Below, piece by piece: positions 20,073-29,899 of a stretch of 64,000 nt of DNA. The notes under the pieces are model-generated. The model was not told the DNA's origin. It saw nothing but the letters and a program-made list of their open reading frames with translations, and made no database searches. The stretch is from Candidatus Caldarchaeales archaeon (GTDB taxonomy: Archaea; Thermoproteota; Nitrososphaeria_A; Caldarchaeales; Wolframiiraptoraceae). The stretch is from contig JBCNVN010000001.1 of NCBI GenBank assembly GCA_039630055.1, forward strand, positions 128,001 through 192,000, written 5' to 3'. A program made the translations under genes and the position numbers. Numbering within the stretch: position 1 is the first letter of the stretch; every line of letters starts with the position of its first letter.

Positions 20073-21842
20073 TTAGCTACGTACCGCATTCTTCCCCGCA
20101 ATGTATCCGAAGGTTACAGCTCTACTATGGCTTAGACCTGGAATTACAACAAGGGAATAATACTGTGAATAGAAACTTCCAGCAGCATTTCCCGCAGCAT
20201 ATAGTCCTGGTATAGGCTTACCCTCTTTATCTAATACTTGTAGCTTATTATTTACTTTTAATCCTCCACCTACCATGTTCAATAATACTACGATAGCTTG
20301 AATAGCGTAGAATGGTGGTTTTTCAACAGGTAACATGTATCTAGATGGCTTACCAAAATCTTCATCGACACCCTTCCTACATAACTCATTGTATCTCTCA
20401 ACCGTTTTCTTGAAAGTCTCTACAGGTACTTCCATCTTTTGTGCAAGTTCTTCTATAGTATTAGCTGTCACCGCTGCTTTATTCTGTAATACTCCTTCAA
20501 GAAACTCTCTACCAAGTGCTGGGTCGGTTATTCTTCGATAACCGCCTCCATGCCTGGTAACCTGTTCCTCCCAAGTAGAATCTAGTATAGCCCAGTACAT
20601 AGCTTTAGGCTGTTGTAAGACTCGATTGATAACCCACATCCAAGGAAGAGCTTCATTTGTAAAACGCTCTCCTAAAATGTTTACGAATAGGAATGGATTG
20701 CATATCAGCATGTATCCTTTGCCAGGACCGAAGCCTGCTAGAGAGCTTATAGCGAATCCTAAATCACCCCCTGTCATTATGTAGCAGAGTGGGCAATGTG
20801 GTGGTTCATCTAATGCGGCACCCACCCACAAACTCATTAACTGTCCATCTCCCGTATTTGTTGGAGTGATCATTGGATAGATTACCCTATTGGGCATATC
20901 TACCAGTCTTGCAACTTCAGGCGGAGCCCAAAGCTTTAAGAGGTCTTTGTTCGATGAATAATCACCTGTACAGAGGATTACTGCTTTATTAGCGTTAAAC
21001 TTTATATATCTTCCATTAGCATCTTGTGCAATAACTCCTGTAACTCTACCGGCCTTCACTCGAACAAGTTGAACAGCCGTTGTATTGTAATAGAATTTAG
21101 CTCCTTTATCTTTAGCTATCTTCTCCAGTAGTGGTGCAAGTTGAGCTACACCATCAAAATCTGTTTCATCACTAAATTTATATGTTGGTCTAGGCCAATC
21201 TTTCCACGCCTCTTCAAGATATGTCTTTGATCTAAGTACTTGAGCTGGGATACCATTAGCTCTTGCAAGGTCAGCAATAAAATCTACAATTTTTGAAGAA
21301 TTAGCCAACCATAGTCTAACAAGAGATTCATCAACCTTATTCCCTGATATTATATCAACCTGCTCTCGGACAGCCTTCTCGTAATCCACAGTGATCCCTG
21401 CCTCTTTAAAGAGCTTGCCAGCTGGCCCAGGATTAATGTGTGCTCCTCTAACATTAGGACCTTTATGCTTCTCTATAACGACTGTTGCAGCCTTCTCCTC
21501 AGCTGCTGAATATGCAGCCATCAATCCAGCTAGACCAGCACCTACGATTACAACATCAGCAGTAATTGTTTCAGCTATCCTTTCATCTGGTATTGGTGGT
21601 GGAGGAGTGAGTATCCCAGGCTCAGCTGTAACCGTTGTTGTAGTAGTTGATATTTGAGTTATAGTTGTTGGCTTAGTTAAAGTTGTTGTCTCAGTCTTTG
21701 TCTCAGTAATTTTTATCTCTCTTGGAAATGCTTGACTTCCAATTATTCCACCAACAACTAGTCCTGCAACACCTGCAGCAGTTGCAGATAAGAAAACTCT
21801 ACGAGAAACACTAGCTTTCTTCTCAGAAGCTTCTCCGCTCAT
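20073..21842 (-). CDS. Tat-exported FAD-dependent reductase (flavocytochrome c / fumarate reductase flavoprotein superfamily), substrate unknown
   Basis: SRRVFL twin-Arg signal plus hydrophobic helix, Thr-rich linker, VVIVGAGLAG, LCTGDY, TGDG, GERFTNE, DEDFGKP, PPFYA, GLYAAGN. Confidence 0.88.
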   Translation of the reverse strand: MSGEASEKKASVSRRVFLSATAAGVAGLVVGGIIGSQAFPREIKITETKTETTTLTKPTTITQISTTTTTVTAEPGILTPPPPIPDERIAETITADVVIVGAGLAGLMAAYSAAEEKAATVVIEKHKGPNVRGAHINPGPAGKLFKEAGITVDYEKAVREQVDIISGNKVDESLVRLWLANSSKIVDFIADLARANGIPAQVLRSKTYLEEAWKDWPRPTYKFSDETDFDGVAQLAPLLEKIAKDKGAKFYYNTTAVQLVRVKAGRVTGVIAQDANGRYIKFNANKAVILCTGDYSSNKDLLKLWAPPEVARLVDMPNRVIYPMITPTNTGDGQLMSLWVGAALDEPPHCPLCYIMTGGDLGFAISSLAGFGPGKGYMLICNPFLFVNILGERFTNEALPWMWVINRVLQQPKAMYWAILDSTWEEQVTRHGGGYRRITDPALGREFLEGVLQNKAAVTANTIEELAQKMEVPVETFKKTVERYNELCRKGVDEDFGKPSRYMLPVEKPPFYAIQAIVVLLNMVGGGLKVNNKLQVLDKEGKPIPGLYAAGNAAGSFYSQYYSLVVIPGLSHSRAVTFGYIAGKNAVRS

Positions 21843-22106
21843 GTATCTTTATTGTTTCATGTTTAATTTAAGATTTGTGATATATAATGTTCTTATCTCA
21901 AAGGTAAATAATGTAAATACATGTTAAAGATAAGATTTTCTTTCTAATAGAGTTGATTCCACACGAACCCCCTAGATTTAATACAACTTTTGAAAATAAA
22001 GACGTTATCTATATGATATTTGCTGATAGAATACAAAATATTTTTCCACTATAGAAACATGATCATCTTCTTGATAGTTAATAGAATTGAATTTTTTAGA
22101 TGATAT

Positions 22107-22460
22107 CTAATAACATTTTAGAAAAATCGGGTATGGTGCTGTCCCTATCCCATGCCATGCATGAACCATCACACAATGAGGTCTAGGCTCAATTTGTGCA
22201 CCTATCCAATAAGCCATTAGATGACCGTCACCTATAGGTGTAGGCATTCCAAAAATGTTCCTTAAATCTAGTAGCTTAGCAAATTCTTCTGATAGAAAAT
22301 ATTCAACCATCGCTCTATTGCCGCCATAATCTCCAGTTGAAAGTATTATACTTCTTCTAGCTTTGAATCTTACATATTTTTCATCTTTTGTTTGAGCTAT
22401 TACAGCTTTAACTCTACCGTTATCAGGTCTTTCAAGTCTTACTGTTTTTGTATCATAGCT
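22107..22460 (-). pseudogene. Internal fragment of a paralogous flavin reductase
   Basis: Hand translation YDTKTVRLERPDNGRVKAVIAQ...IILSTGDYGGN...GDGHLMAYWIGA..PHC aligns with the middle of 20073..21842. Both ends are missing. Confidence 0.8.
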
Positions 22461-23300
22461 TCTCCTATCTCTTCAATTAATTGAATGCCCTCAACTGGAT
22501 CCATAGCACATAGACTTGTAGCTAGAGCATCTGCTACCGAGGCTTTTTTGTAATTACAGTTGCACTAACTACTTAACTACTTGCTAATTTCTTTATATGG
22601 GAATTCAAAATATGAGGAAAAATTCCTTTACTATCTTGCGTTCATAATTACCACTTGACGCAATAGAACAATTAAATATCTTTAATCTTGAGATAGATAC
22701 TTTTATCTTTCTTAAATGGATTTCTTATCACTATTCTCCAAGATTCTTTATCTGTTCTTCCACCTATGGCTCTCAAATCTCCTCCTGCAATTATCAACGC
22801 ATGGTTAACCTTTTGTTTTACTAAATACTCTGATACTAAATCGACAGCATATCCTTTTGCTATACTATTCAAAACTATCTTCATGCCTTTCTTTAGGAAT
22901 TTTATGTTTTCTCCATGTATTTCAATGGATGAATAGTCAACTAGATCTAGAATACTATCCAATTCTTCTTCATTTAAATAATCGCTCTTTTTATCAACAT
23001 ATTCTAAAAGTGGAAGTATGGATACATCATACACTCCTCTAGTTATTTTGCTAATCCTTATAGCTTCTCTTAAAACAGATATCAACTCCATACTAGCAGA
23101 TTCTAGAAATCCCTGTTTACTTAATCTACCAACCTCCCTGTTATCATCATATATACTCATGATGTTCTCGATGTGTTTAAATTCGTTAAATGCTTCATCG
23201 ATTCATTTTTTTAGCATAATCTATGTTATCATTGATGATAGTTATTGAAATGACTGTGCCCATCAAGAACATAGATTTCTTAATATTAACATGGTTATTT
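22439..23300 (-). pseudogene. apbE: FAD:protein FMN transferase (ApbE), frameshifted; boundaries approximate
   Basis: Segments in different frames: MFLMGTVISI / EAFNEFKHIENIMSIY..SIAKGYAVD..AGGDLRAIG..WRIVIRNP / SIASSGNYER / HILN / ADALATSLCAM. Confidence 0.85.
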
Positions 23301-23461
23301 ATCCGATATTATGAAAACAAATTCCAGCTAAAACTCCATGTAGAGATTGAGACATTTTTATCTATAGACTTAAAGTTATGCCCCTTCACGAGTAATCTTT
23401 TTTACTACATGTTTAGGCTAAGTGTAGAGGATGAACCCGAGTTTTTAGGAGAAGAGTTTTT

Positions 23462-23794
23462 ATGAAGTATGGAGAGAGCAGGGCAGTAAGCAGGTTTATT
23501 AGAAAGATAACGGTCGAGAACCTCTGGATATATGTATTGAGTTTATTGAAAGAAGAACCAGTATATGGTTATGAGATAAGAGATAAGATCTTTAAAAAGT
23601 TTAACTTTAAACCAGGTAAAATAACATGTTATGTCGTACTCTATAAACTTGAGAGAGAAGGTCTTATCTCATCTAAAGAAATAGATGAGAAAAGTAGGGG
23701 CGCGCCTCGAAGATACTATACAATCACTGATAAGGGTTTGAGAGAACTTGAGAGAGCTAAGAAATTCTTAAAAGTGATTTTAAGCTCTATCTGA
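23462..23794 (+). CDS. PadR family transcriptional regulator
   Basis: LWIYVLSLL..PVYGYEI, YVVLYKLEREGLI, RRYYTITDKG. Confidence 0.92.
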   Translation: MKYGESRAVSRFIRKITVENLWIYVLSLLKEEPVYGYEIRDKIFKKFNFKPGKITCYVVLYKLEREGLISSKEIDEKSRGAPRRYYTITDKGLRELERAKKFLKVILSSI

Positions 23795-23823
23795 TATCTC
23801 ATATTTGAGAAAAGAAGAGTCCC

Positions 23824-23858
23824 GTGACCGGTATTTTATAATACTATTTCACGGTCAT
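23824..23858. promoter_or_regulatory. Nested inverted repeat upstream of ino1 (candidate operator or hairpin)
   Basis: TGACCG (23825-30) / CGGTCA (23852-57) enclosing GTATT-TTAT-AATAC. Confidence 0.35.
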
Positions 23859-23895
23859 GAAATACTTATATCCCACTAACAACATATGATAATAT

Positions 23896-24975
23896 ATGCC
23901 GAAAGTAAAAGTCGCTATTATAGGTGTAGGTAACTGTGCCTCAGCCTTGGTTCAAGGAGTCTATTATTATAGAGATGTAGATGAGGACGCCTTTGTACCA
24001 GGACTCATGCATGTTAGACTAGGACCATACCATGTGGGAGATATAGAATTTGTAGCTGCATTCGACATCGATAAAAATAAGGTTGGTAAAGATATTTCTG
24101 AAGCGATCTTCTCTCCACCAAACTGTACGTTAAAATTTTCAGAAGTACCAAAATTAGGGGTCTATGTATCTCGAGGGATGACTCATGATAGTCTCGGAAA
24201 ATATCTATCACAGGTAATAGAGAAGCATCCATCTCCCACGGTAGATGTTGTAGATGTCTTAAAGAGTAGTGGAGCTGAAGTCGTGGTTAACTTCCTCCCA
24301 GTTGGAAGTGAATCAGCAACAAAGTGGTATGTAGAACAAGTACTTGATGCGAAAGCTGCATTCGTTAATGGTATTCCTGTCTTTATAGCTAGGGAACCGA
24401 GATGGCAAGAGATATTCACTAAGAGAGGTGTACCTATTATCGGAGATGATGTTAAGAGTCAGGTTGGGGCCACAATACTTCATAGATATCTGGTGAAACT
24501 ATTTCTGGATAGAGGTGTAAAAATAGAGAGAACTTATCAATTGAACTTTGGAGGAAATACCGATTTTCTAAACATGCTGGAAAGAGAGAGGCTTACATCT
24601 AAGAAGATTTCTAAGACGGACGCTGTGAAGAGCTTGATACCCTATAACCTTCCCGATGAGAATATCCATATAGGTCCAAGCGACTATGTTCAATGGCTTA
24701 CAGATAGGAAATGGGCATACATAAGGATTGAGGGATCAGCTTTTGGGGGAGCCCCATTAAGCATTGAAGCAAAGCTCGAAGTATGGGATAGCCCGAATTC
24801 AGCAGGCGTAGTCATAGATGCAATCAGATGTGCGAAGATCGGTCTAGATAGAGGTATATCAGGACCCCTCATAAGCCCTTCAGCATACTTCATGAAGTCT
24901 CCTCCTATCCAGTATCCAGACGAAGTTGCAAGAGAGATGGTTGAAGAATTTATTCAAGGTAAGAGAGAAAGATGA
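23896..24975 (+). CDS. ino1: myo-inositol-1-phosphate synthase
   Basis: [51 protein letters not shown]. Confidence 0.95.
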   Translation: MPKVKVAIIGVGNCASALVQGVYYYRDVDEDAFVPGLMHVRLGPYHVGDIEFVAAFDIDKNKVGKDISEAIFSPPNCTLKFSEVPKLGVYVSRGMTHDSLGKYLSQVIEKHPSPTVDVVDVLKSSGAEVVVNFLPVGSESATKWYVEQVLDAKAAFVNGIPVFIAREPRWQEIFTKRGVPIIGDDVKSQVGATILHRYLVKLFLDRGVKIERTYQLNFGGNTDFLNMLERERLTSKKISKTDAVKSLIPYNLPDENIHIGPSDYVQWLTDRKWAYIRIEGSAFGGAPLSIEAKLEVWDSPNSAGVVIDAIRCAKIGLDRGISGPLISPSAYFMKSPPIQYPDEVAREMVEEFIQGKRER

Positions 24976-25030
24976 GAAAATTCCAGCATTCCTGAATACA
25001 AGATTGCATATCTCACATTTTTTAAACCAG

Positions 25031-26119
25031 CTAATTGCTAGCATTAATCATGGTGAGAAGTTCATCTAACCTGTTACAGCATACTCTTTTTAAGAACATC
25101 TCTAAAGATGATTCTTTCACTGCATCCATAATCTCATATATATATTTATCGTTAATATTTTCCATGGACTTGTAAGCTTCTTCAAAAGATATGGCTGGAT
25201 CTCTGAAACTGGGATAGACTCCGTAAAGCTGGATAGATGCAACTACTAGAAATCTTAGAGTCTGTAGACCAACCCCTCTCCATGATAATAATTCCTCAAA
25301 ATTTCTAGGCTGTACCTCTGCCAGAGACTGTATAATCTTCCATTTGATCCTAGGTATATCGAGTCTAACCTCTCCCTCAACTTCTTCTAGATTTGTTAAG
25401 GTTAGCTGACCTCCATCTAGTCGGGTCTCATAAAATTTCTTTAATTTCCTAAAATCACAAGTTACCAACTCTAAACATGTCTTCTGACAGTCTCTACTTT
25501 TAGTACTAGTCATGTCTACTACTACTCTCTCCCTCTGTGTTGAGATTATCCCGGTATGCGGTTCTTCTACGAAGCTTTTAACTTTAATGGATGACCAGTG
25601 GTATCTTCTAACAAGCCCCTCCAGACTTCTTATGCCCTGCTGGATCACAGTCCACTCTCCATCTTTCGATATTATCATTAGATGAAAGTATAGGGGGAAG
25701 CCATCCTGAATCGCTACATCGTCAACTTTAGCAACCATGCGGCTTGCATATTTGAGATACTCTAAGATTTCATGGTCGAATGCAAAAGCTTCTGAAATAC
25801 TATCTAGCTCTGCGGGAACCCTGTAGCCTTCAAGCCTCTTTCCTCCCACTATGGCCAAGCCCACTACAGGTCTTAATGTATTCTTTAGAATAGTTGCTAT
25901 TATCGTGGTTGCGCCTCCTTGTAGCTCATCTAGGAATGAGGCTACTGATAGAGCATCGAAAAATATTGGTGAAGCAAGATTTCTCTGAAATCTCTTTACA
26001 CCATATAGATTAATATATGATTCGACTGTAGCGGTTAAGATCTTCTCAGCTCTTCTAAAATACCATTTAGGCCGAGGTCTATAATGTATCTCTAGTTCTC
26101 TTAAGCCACTTCTATACAT
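25031..26119 (-). CDS. DUF763-like protein, divergent
   Basis: SRMVAKVDDVAIQDGFPLYFH, WTVIQQG, RRYHW, FVEEPH, FEELL..GVG. Confidence 0.8.
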   Translation of the reverse strand: MYRSGLRELEIHYRPRPKWYFRRAEKILTATVESYINLYGVKRFQRNLASPIFFDALSVASFLDELQGGATTIIATILKNTLRPVVGLAIVGGKRLEGYRVPAELDSISEAFAFDHEILEYLKYASRMVAKVDDVAIQDGFPLYFHLMIISKDGEWTVIQQGIRSLEGLVRRYHWSSIKVKSFVEEPHTGIISTQRERVVVDMTSTKSRDCQKTCLELVTCDFRKLKKFYETRLDGGQLTLTNLEEVEGEVRLDIPRIKWKIIQSLAEVQPRNFEELLSWRGVGLQTLRFLVVASIQLYGVYPSFRDPAISFEEAYKSMENINDKYIYEIMDAVKESSLEMFLKRVCCNRLDELLTMINASN

Positions 26120-26224
26120 CCATGATCTATAGAATGTGGGAGAGATTAATCTCTTCCTTTTTTAGAAGGCTCGATAATATACGCTGGTACTACATCTTTA
26201 TCCTAATACATTTCTCGAAGAAAA

Positions 26225-26470
26225 TTAAAGATATTTATCGGGGTCATTATCACGTGTTTGACATGATTTATATTGAATTTTTACATATCTCTTTACAATA
26301 ACATAATACAAAATTATTACAAGACTTATAATCGAGGGAAGCTGGAAAGCAAAAAATAGAAAGATAGGTTGTATTATAGGAGACCCAAAGACTTGGTACA
26401 TTGTTAAGAATAGGGTTAATATGGAGAGCACAAGGAAGGCTAGGATCCATGATAGTAATTGTTCATCCAC
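26225..26470 (-). CDS. Small hypothetical membrane protein (2 TM)
   Basis: Two hydrophobic stretches. ATG directly after the rpoK stop, same strand. Confidence 0.55.
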   Translation of the reverse strand: MDEQLLSWILAFLVLSILTLFLTMYQVFGSPIIQPIFLFFAFQLPSIISLVIILYYVIVKRYVKIQYKSCQTRDNDPDKYL

Positions 26471-26472
26471 CG

Positions 26473-26745
26473 CTATTCAGCCTTCTGCTCGATCGGTTTC
26501 GGTTTAATTATTTCATTGACGGGTATATCAACACTAGTTCCATCAGGTTTTCTTCTACGGATGATGATAGGCAGGACGCCTGCCTCAAGTTCTCTCTTAG
26601 CGATATCGATGGGAGTGTCTCCGGGCTCTACTTTTACGAGTGGAAAGGCACCTAGAGATAATTGAAGCGCTCTTCCTCCAACGATCCTAGCAATCTCATA
26701 TCTTGTTAGAGGTCTCCTATAGTATTCGTTTTCAATCTTCTCCAA
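26473..26745 (-). CDS. rpoK: RNA polymerase subunit K (Rpo6)
   Basis: [34 protein letters not shown]. Likely TTG start at 26745 overlapping the thermosome end. Confidence 0.93.
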   Translation of the reverse strand: MEKIENEYYRRPLTRYEIARIVGGRALQLSLGAFPLVKVEPGDTPIDIAKRELEAGVLPIIIRRRKPDGTSVDIPVNEIIKPKPIEQKAE

Positions 26746-28381
26746 GCTCGGTTTCTTCCTTCTCTTTCTCCTTTCCAGGCTTCTTTTCTTCAAGTTTAGA
26801 TGCAGCTATAATATCATCGATCTTCAATATCATCGAGGCTGCTTCAACCGCAGACTTTACTACCTGCTTTTTAACTAGTACTGGCTCAATCACATCTAGC
26901 TTCCACATATCTTCTATCTTTCCAGCGAAGACGTTTACTCCATCCCACTTATGGCCTTCCTTATGTCTAGCTCTCAAGTTTACTATGGTCTCGATAGAAT
27001 CCATCCCTGAGCTCTCGGCCAACTGGCTTGGAACAATCTCTAAGGCGTCAGCGAACTTCTCTACAGCCAGCTGCTCTTTACCTGCTAACGTCTTAGAATA
27101 GTCTCTCAAGCCTAAGGCTACTTCTATCTCTGGAGATCCTCCACCTGCAACTACCTTACCCTCTACGACTACATCTTTAACAACGTTCAATGCATCCTTA
27201 ACAGAGCGTTCAGCCTCATCGACTATCCTCTTAGTTCCACCTCTTATTAATATTGTGATAGACTTCGGATTATCGCACCCCTCGATAAAGACCATCTTGT
27301 CTTCGCCAACCCTCCTCTCCTCAACCAGACTTGCCTTGCCAAGATCTTTCTCTGTCAGCTCTTCGATTCTTGTAACAACTCTTCCACCAGCGGCCTTAGC
27401 CAATTTATCCATATCGGATTTCTTTATTCTTCTAACAGCCATTATTCCCTTTCTCGCTAGGAAGTGTTGAGCTATATCATCTATGCCTTTTTGACATAAT
27501 ACTACATTTGCTCCTGTAGCTGCTATCTTCTCAACCATCTCCCTAAGCATATCTTCTTCTTGCTTCATGAAGGCTCTCATCTGCTCCGGACTCTCTATGT
27601 TGAGTTTAGCATCGAACTCTGTCTTCTCGATCTCTAGGGAAGCATCTAGTAAAACTATCTTAGCATTACGAACTATCTTCGGCATTCCAGGATGAACTAC
27701 TTCCTTGTCAAGTACTATACCTTCAATTAGAGTTGTGTCTCTCAGTGAACCTCCTTCCTTCTTCTCAATCTTTACATCATCTAGATCTACTCTCCATTTA
27801 CCTTCCACCTGTTCTGCCACCTTCAAGACTGCCTCCACAGCAATCTGAGCAAGATAATCTGCTTCTTCACCGACGAGTTTACTGATCATCGCTGTTTTAG
27901 CTACTTTCTTGAGTATCTCTCTATCCGTCGGATTTACTGGAACCGCTATATTATCGTAGAGTTCCAATGCTTTAACAGCTGCTTTCTTATAACCTTCTAT
28001 TATTAAGCTTGGATGGACTTCTTTCTCGATCAAGTCTTCAGCCTTTGCAAGTAGTTCTCCTGCAAGTACTACTGAGGTTGTGGTGCCGTCTCCGACTTCA
28101 GCATCCTGTGCCTTAGCCACTTCTACAAGCATCTTTGCAACAGGATGCTCTACATCCATCTCTTTCAAAATTGTAGCTCCATCATTTGTTATTACTACAT
28201 CTCCAAAGCTATCTACCAGCATCTTATCCATGCCTCTAGGCCCGAGAGATGACCTCATGGTTTCAGCGATGACTTTTGCCACCATAATATTTGATAGTTG
28301 GGCATCTCTACCCCTTGATCTGGCTGTCCCCTCTTTTAAAACTATTACAGGTACCCCTCCACTTGCAGAAGGTGCTGCCAT
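26732..28381 (-). CDS. ths: Thermosome (group II chaperonin) subunit
   Basis: [37 protein letters not shown]. Confidence 0.97.
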   Translation of the reverse strand: MAAPSASGGVPVIVLKEGTARSRGRDAQLSNIMVAKVIAETMRSSLGPRGMDKMLVDSFGDVVITNDGATILKEMDVEHPVAKMLVEVAKAQDAEVGDGTTTSVVLAGELLAKAEDLIEKEVHPSLIIEGYKKAAVKALELYDNIAVPVNPTDREILKKVAKTAMISKLVGEEADYLAQIAVEAVLKVAEQVEGKWRVDLDDVKIEKKEGGSLRDTTLIEGIVLDKEVVHPGMPKIVRNAKIVLLDASLEIEKTEFDAKLNIESPEQMRAFMKQEEDMLREMVEKIAATGANVVLCQKGIDDIAQHFLARKGIMAVRRIKKSDMDKLAKAAGGRVVTRIEELTEKDLGKASLVEERRVGEDKMVFIEGCDNPKSITILIRGGTKRIVDEAERSVKDALNVVKDVVVEGKVVAGGGSPEIEVALGLRDYSKTLAGKEQLAVEKFADALEIVPSQLAESSGMDSIETIVNLRARHKEGHKWDGVNVFAGKIEDMWKLDVIEPVLVKKQVVKSAVEAASMILKIDDIIAASKLEEKKPGKEKEKEETELGED

Positions 28382-28472
28382 AAAATCACCTCAACCCATT
28401 ACTCTGTAAGAAATACATCTTCAACCATGTTATAAGCCTTTGTCTATTAAACTTAAATAAACCCCTATTATG

Positions 28473-28538
28473 CAAAATAGTCTAACCATTATCTATAGTT
28501 TCATCAATAACTTTTCCTGTATTTTCCAAAATAGTCTA
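28473..28538. repeat. 12-bp direct repeat CAAAATAGTCTA (2 copies) upstream of thermosome
   Basis: Copies at 28473-28484 and 28527-28538. Confidence 0.55.
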
Positions 28539-28685
28539 GATATAATAGAAAGTGTTTATGATAGAAAAGTTATAGATGTATATCCTCACGATTAGAGATG
28601 CTTATATCTTCGAGACTATCTACTTAGAGGAAGATGAACTTTTCCCTTTCAGCATCTGGGTTGAATCTATTCCCAAGAGATCATA

Positions 28686-28710
28686 ATATATTTAGGAATA
28701 TATATTTAGG
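28686..28710. repeat. 11-bp direct repeat ATATATTTAGG (2 copies, period 14)
   Basis: Copies at 28686-28696 and 28700-28710. Confidence 0.55.
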
Positions 28711-28931
28711 TAGGAGATGAAGTAAAGATGCAGTCCTCCTCTTATATTAAGATTTCTATTTATCATCTTCACAAGTATAGTGGGATATTGATATTCATAG
28801 TTAGCAAAACATGAAGATCTCAAAACTAGAAAACTATTTTTTAATCATATTTTAATCGGTTTCCAATTTACTATGTTAGAAAATTTTATGAATAGGTAAT
28901 GATACTTTCGACTACTCGGAGGGATAAATTT

Positions 28932-29075
28932 ATGAAACTCATCTCTGTAAAGATGCCGGAGGCCCTAATAGAAGGGATGGATGAACTGGTTAATCGAGGC
29001 GTATATCCCAGTAGAAGCTCGCTGATGAGGACCGCTGTTAGAGACCTACTTAAGAAAGAATTGTGGAAGCAGTAA
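28932..29075 (+). CDS. Ribbon-helix-helix (CopG/MetJ) regulator, CdrS-like, 47 aa
   Basis: Hand translation MKLISVKMPEALIEGMDELVNRGVYPSRSSLMRTAVRDLLKKELWKQ. Below the ORF-track cutoff. Confidence 0.88.
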   Translation: MKLISVKMPEALIEGMDELVNRGVYPSRSSLMRTAVRDLLKKELWKQ

Positions 29076-29084
29076 AGACCTAGA

Positions 29085-29795
29085 CTAACCTCTTCCCCTA
29101 CTTCTTTCTATAAAGGGCATAGATACTACTGTAACTATCCTCCCATAAAAATACTTCATATCTGTAATATACTGTGTAAAAGAGATCTCTTCTACCGAGT
29201 TCGAAGATAGATATCTTATGAAGGGATATTTTGGTGGTTCTCTACTTTCTATGTAGAAGAAGACTGGTAGAGCATTAGCCTCATAATAATCGAAGAATGG
29301 AACAATAATGCCGAGGATATGATCATTTTCTTTACCATGATGCCACACTGGAGGAGAGACCGATGCATCACTTATCATTACGAGCACTCTCATCAATGAA
29401 TTGAGGTCTCTAGCTTTGATCATTAAGGGTTTCTCCATCAACTGTCTCCGTCTACTGATAGCCCTAGCTATGAGTTCAGGCTCCTCCTCGGTCTCAACTA
29501 CTGGGCCATAGAAGTATCTTGTATCATCGGGGCTTGTAGTAAAGAATGCCTCTTCCTTACCTAGACTAGTATAAGCTACATATCCTTTAGGCTCTTCATC
29601 TAGATATGTGTAGGCAAATATTGGTAGATTTCCTCGCCAGTATGGTATGGATGAGAGATGCCCGATTATCTTTCTTTCACCTATTGGAAAAGCCCAGAAG
29701 AGTGGCTGGATATCAGTCCTCGACATACCTAATCTTGCTAGATTTATCAGGTCAGCCACCTGTATCGCTATTGGAGGTTTATGAATCCTCCTCAC
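29085..29795 (-). CDS. Hypothetical protein made of two tandem copies of a ~115-aa domain
   Basis: KPPIAIQVADLINL..LPIFAY..EEAFFT..DTRYFYG versus KPLMIKARDLNSL..LPVFFY..EEISFT..DMKYFYG. Confidence 0.75.
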   Translation of the reverse strand: MRRIHKPPIAIQVADLINLARLGMSRTDIQPLFWAFPIGERKIIGHLSSIPYWRGNLPIFAYTYLDEEPKGYVAYTSLGKEEAFFTTSPDDTRYFYGPVVETEEEPELIARAISRRRQLMEKPLMIKARDLNSLMRVLVMISDASVSPPVWHHGKENDHILGIIVPFFDYYEANALPVFFYIESREPPKYPFIRYLSSNSVEEISFTQYITDMKYFYGRIVTVVSMPFIERSRGRG

Positions 29796-29899
29796 ACCTT
29801 TATCCTCATACTATAAAACATAAGGCAATAATATTAATTTTGATCAGATACTTCATTTCTAATCTCAAGGTTTTCTCAAGAACTCTTTAAGATACTGTA

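Noticed and set aside
21620-21720. Repetitive GTT/AGT-rich DNA
   Set aside because: Encodes the Thr-rich linker of the exported reductase. Not a CRISPR or tandem repeat element.
22857-23465. + strand ORFs 22857..23042, 23018..23248 and 23223..23465
   Set aside because: Antisense to the apbE pseudogene, with no protein-like features.
26746-26793. Basic N-terminal extension [14 protein letters not shown] of RpoK
   Set aside because: Off-frame reading of the thermosome's charged C-terminal tail. The TTG at 26745 is more plausible.
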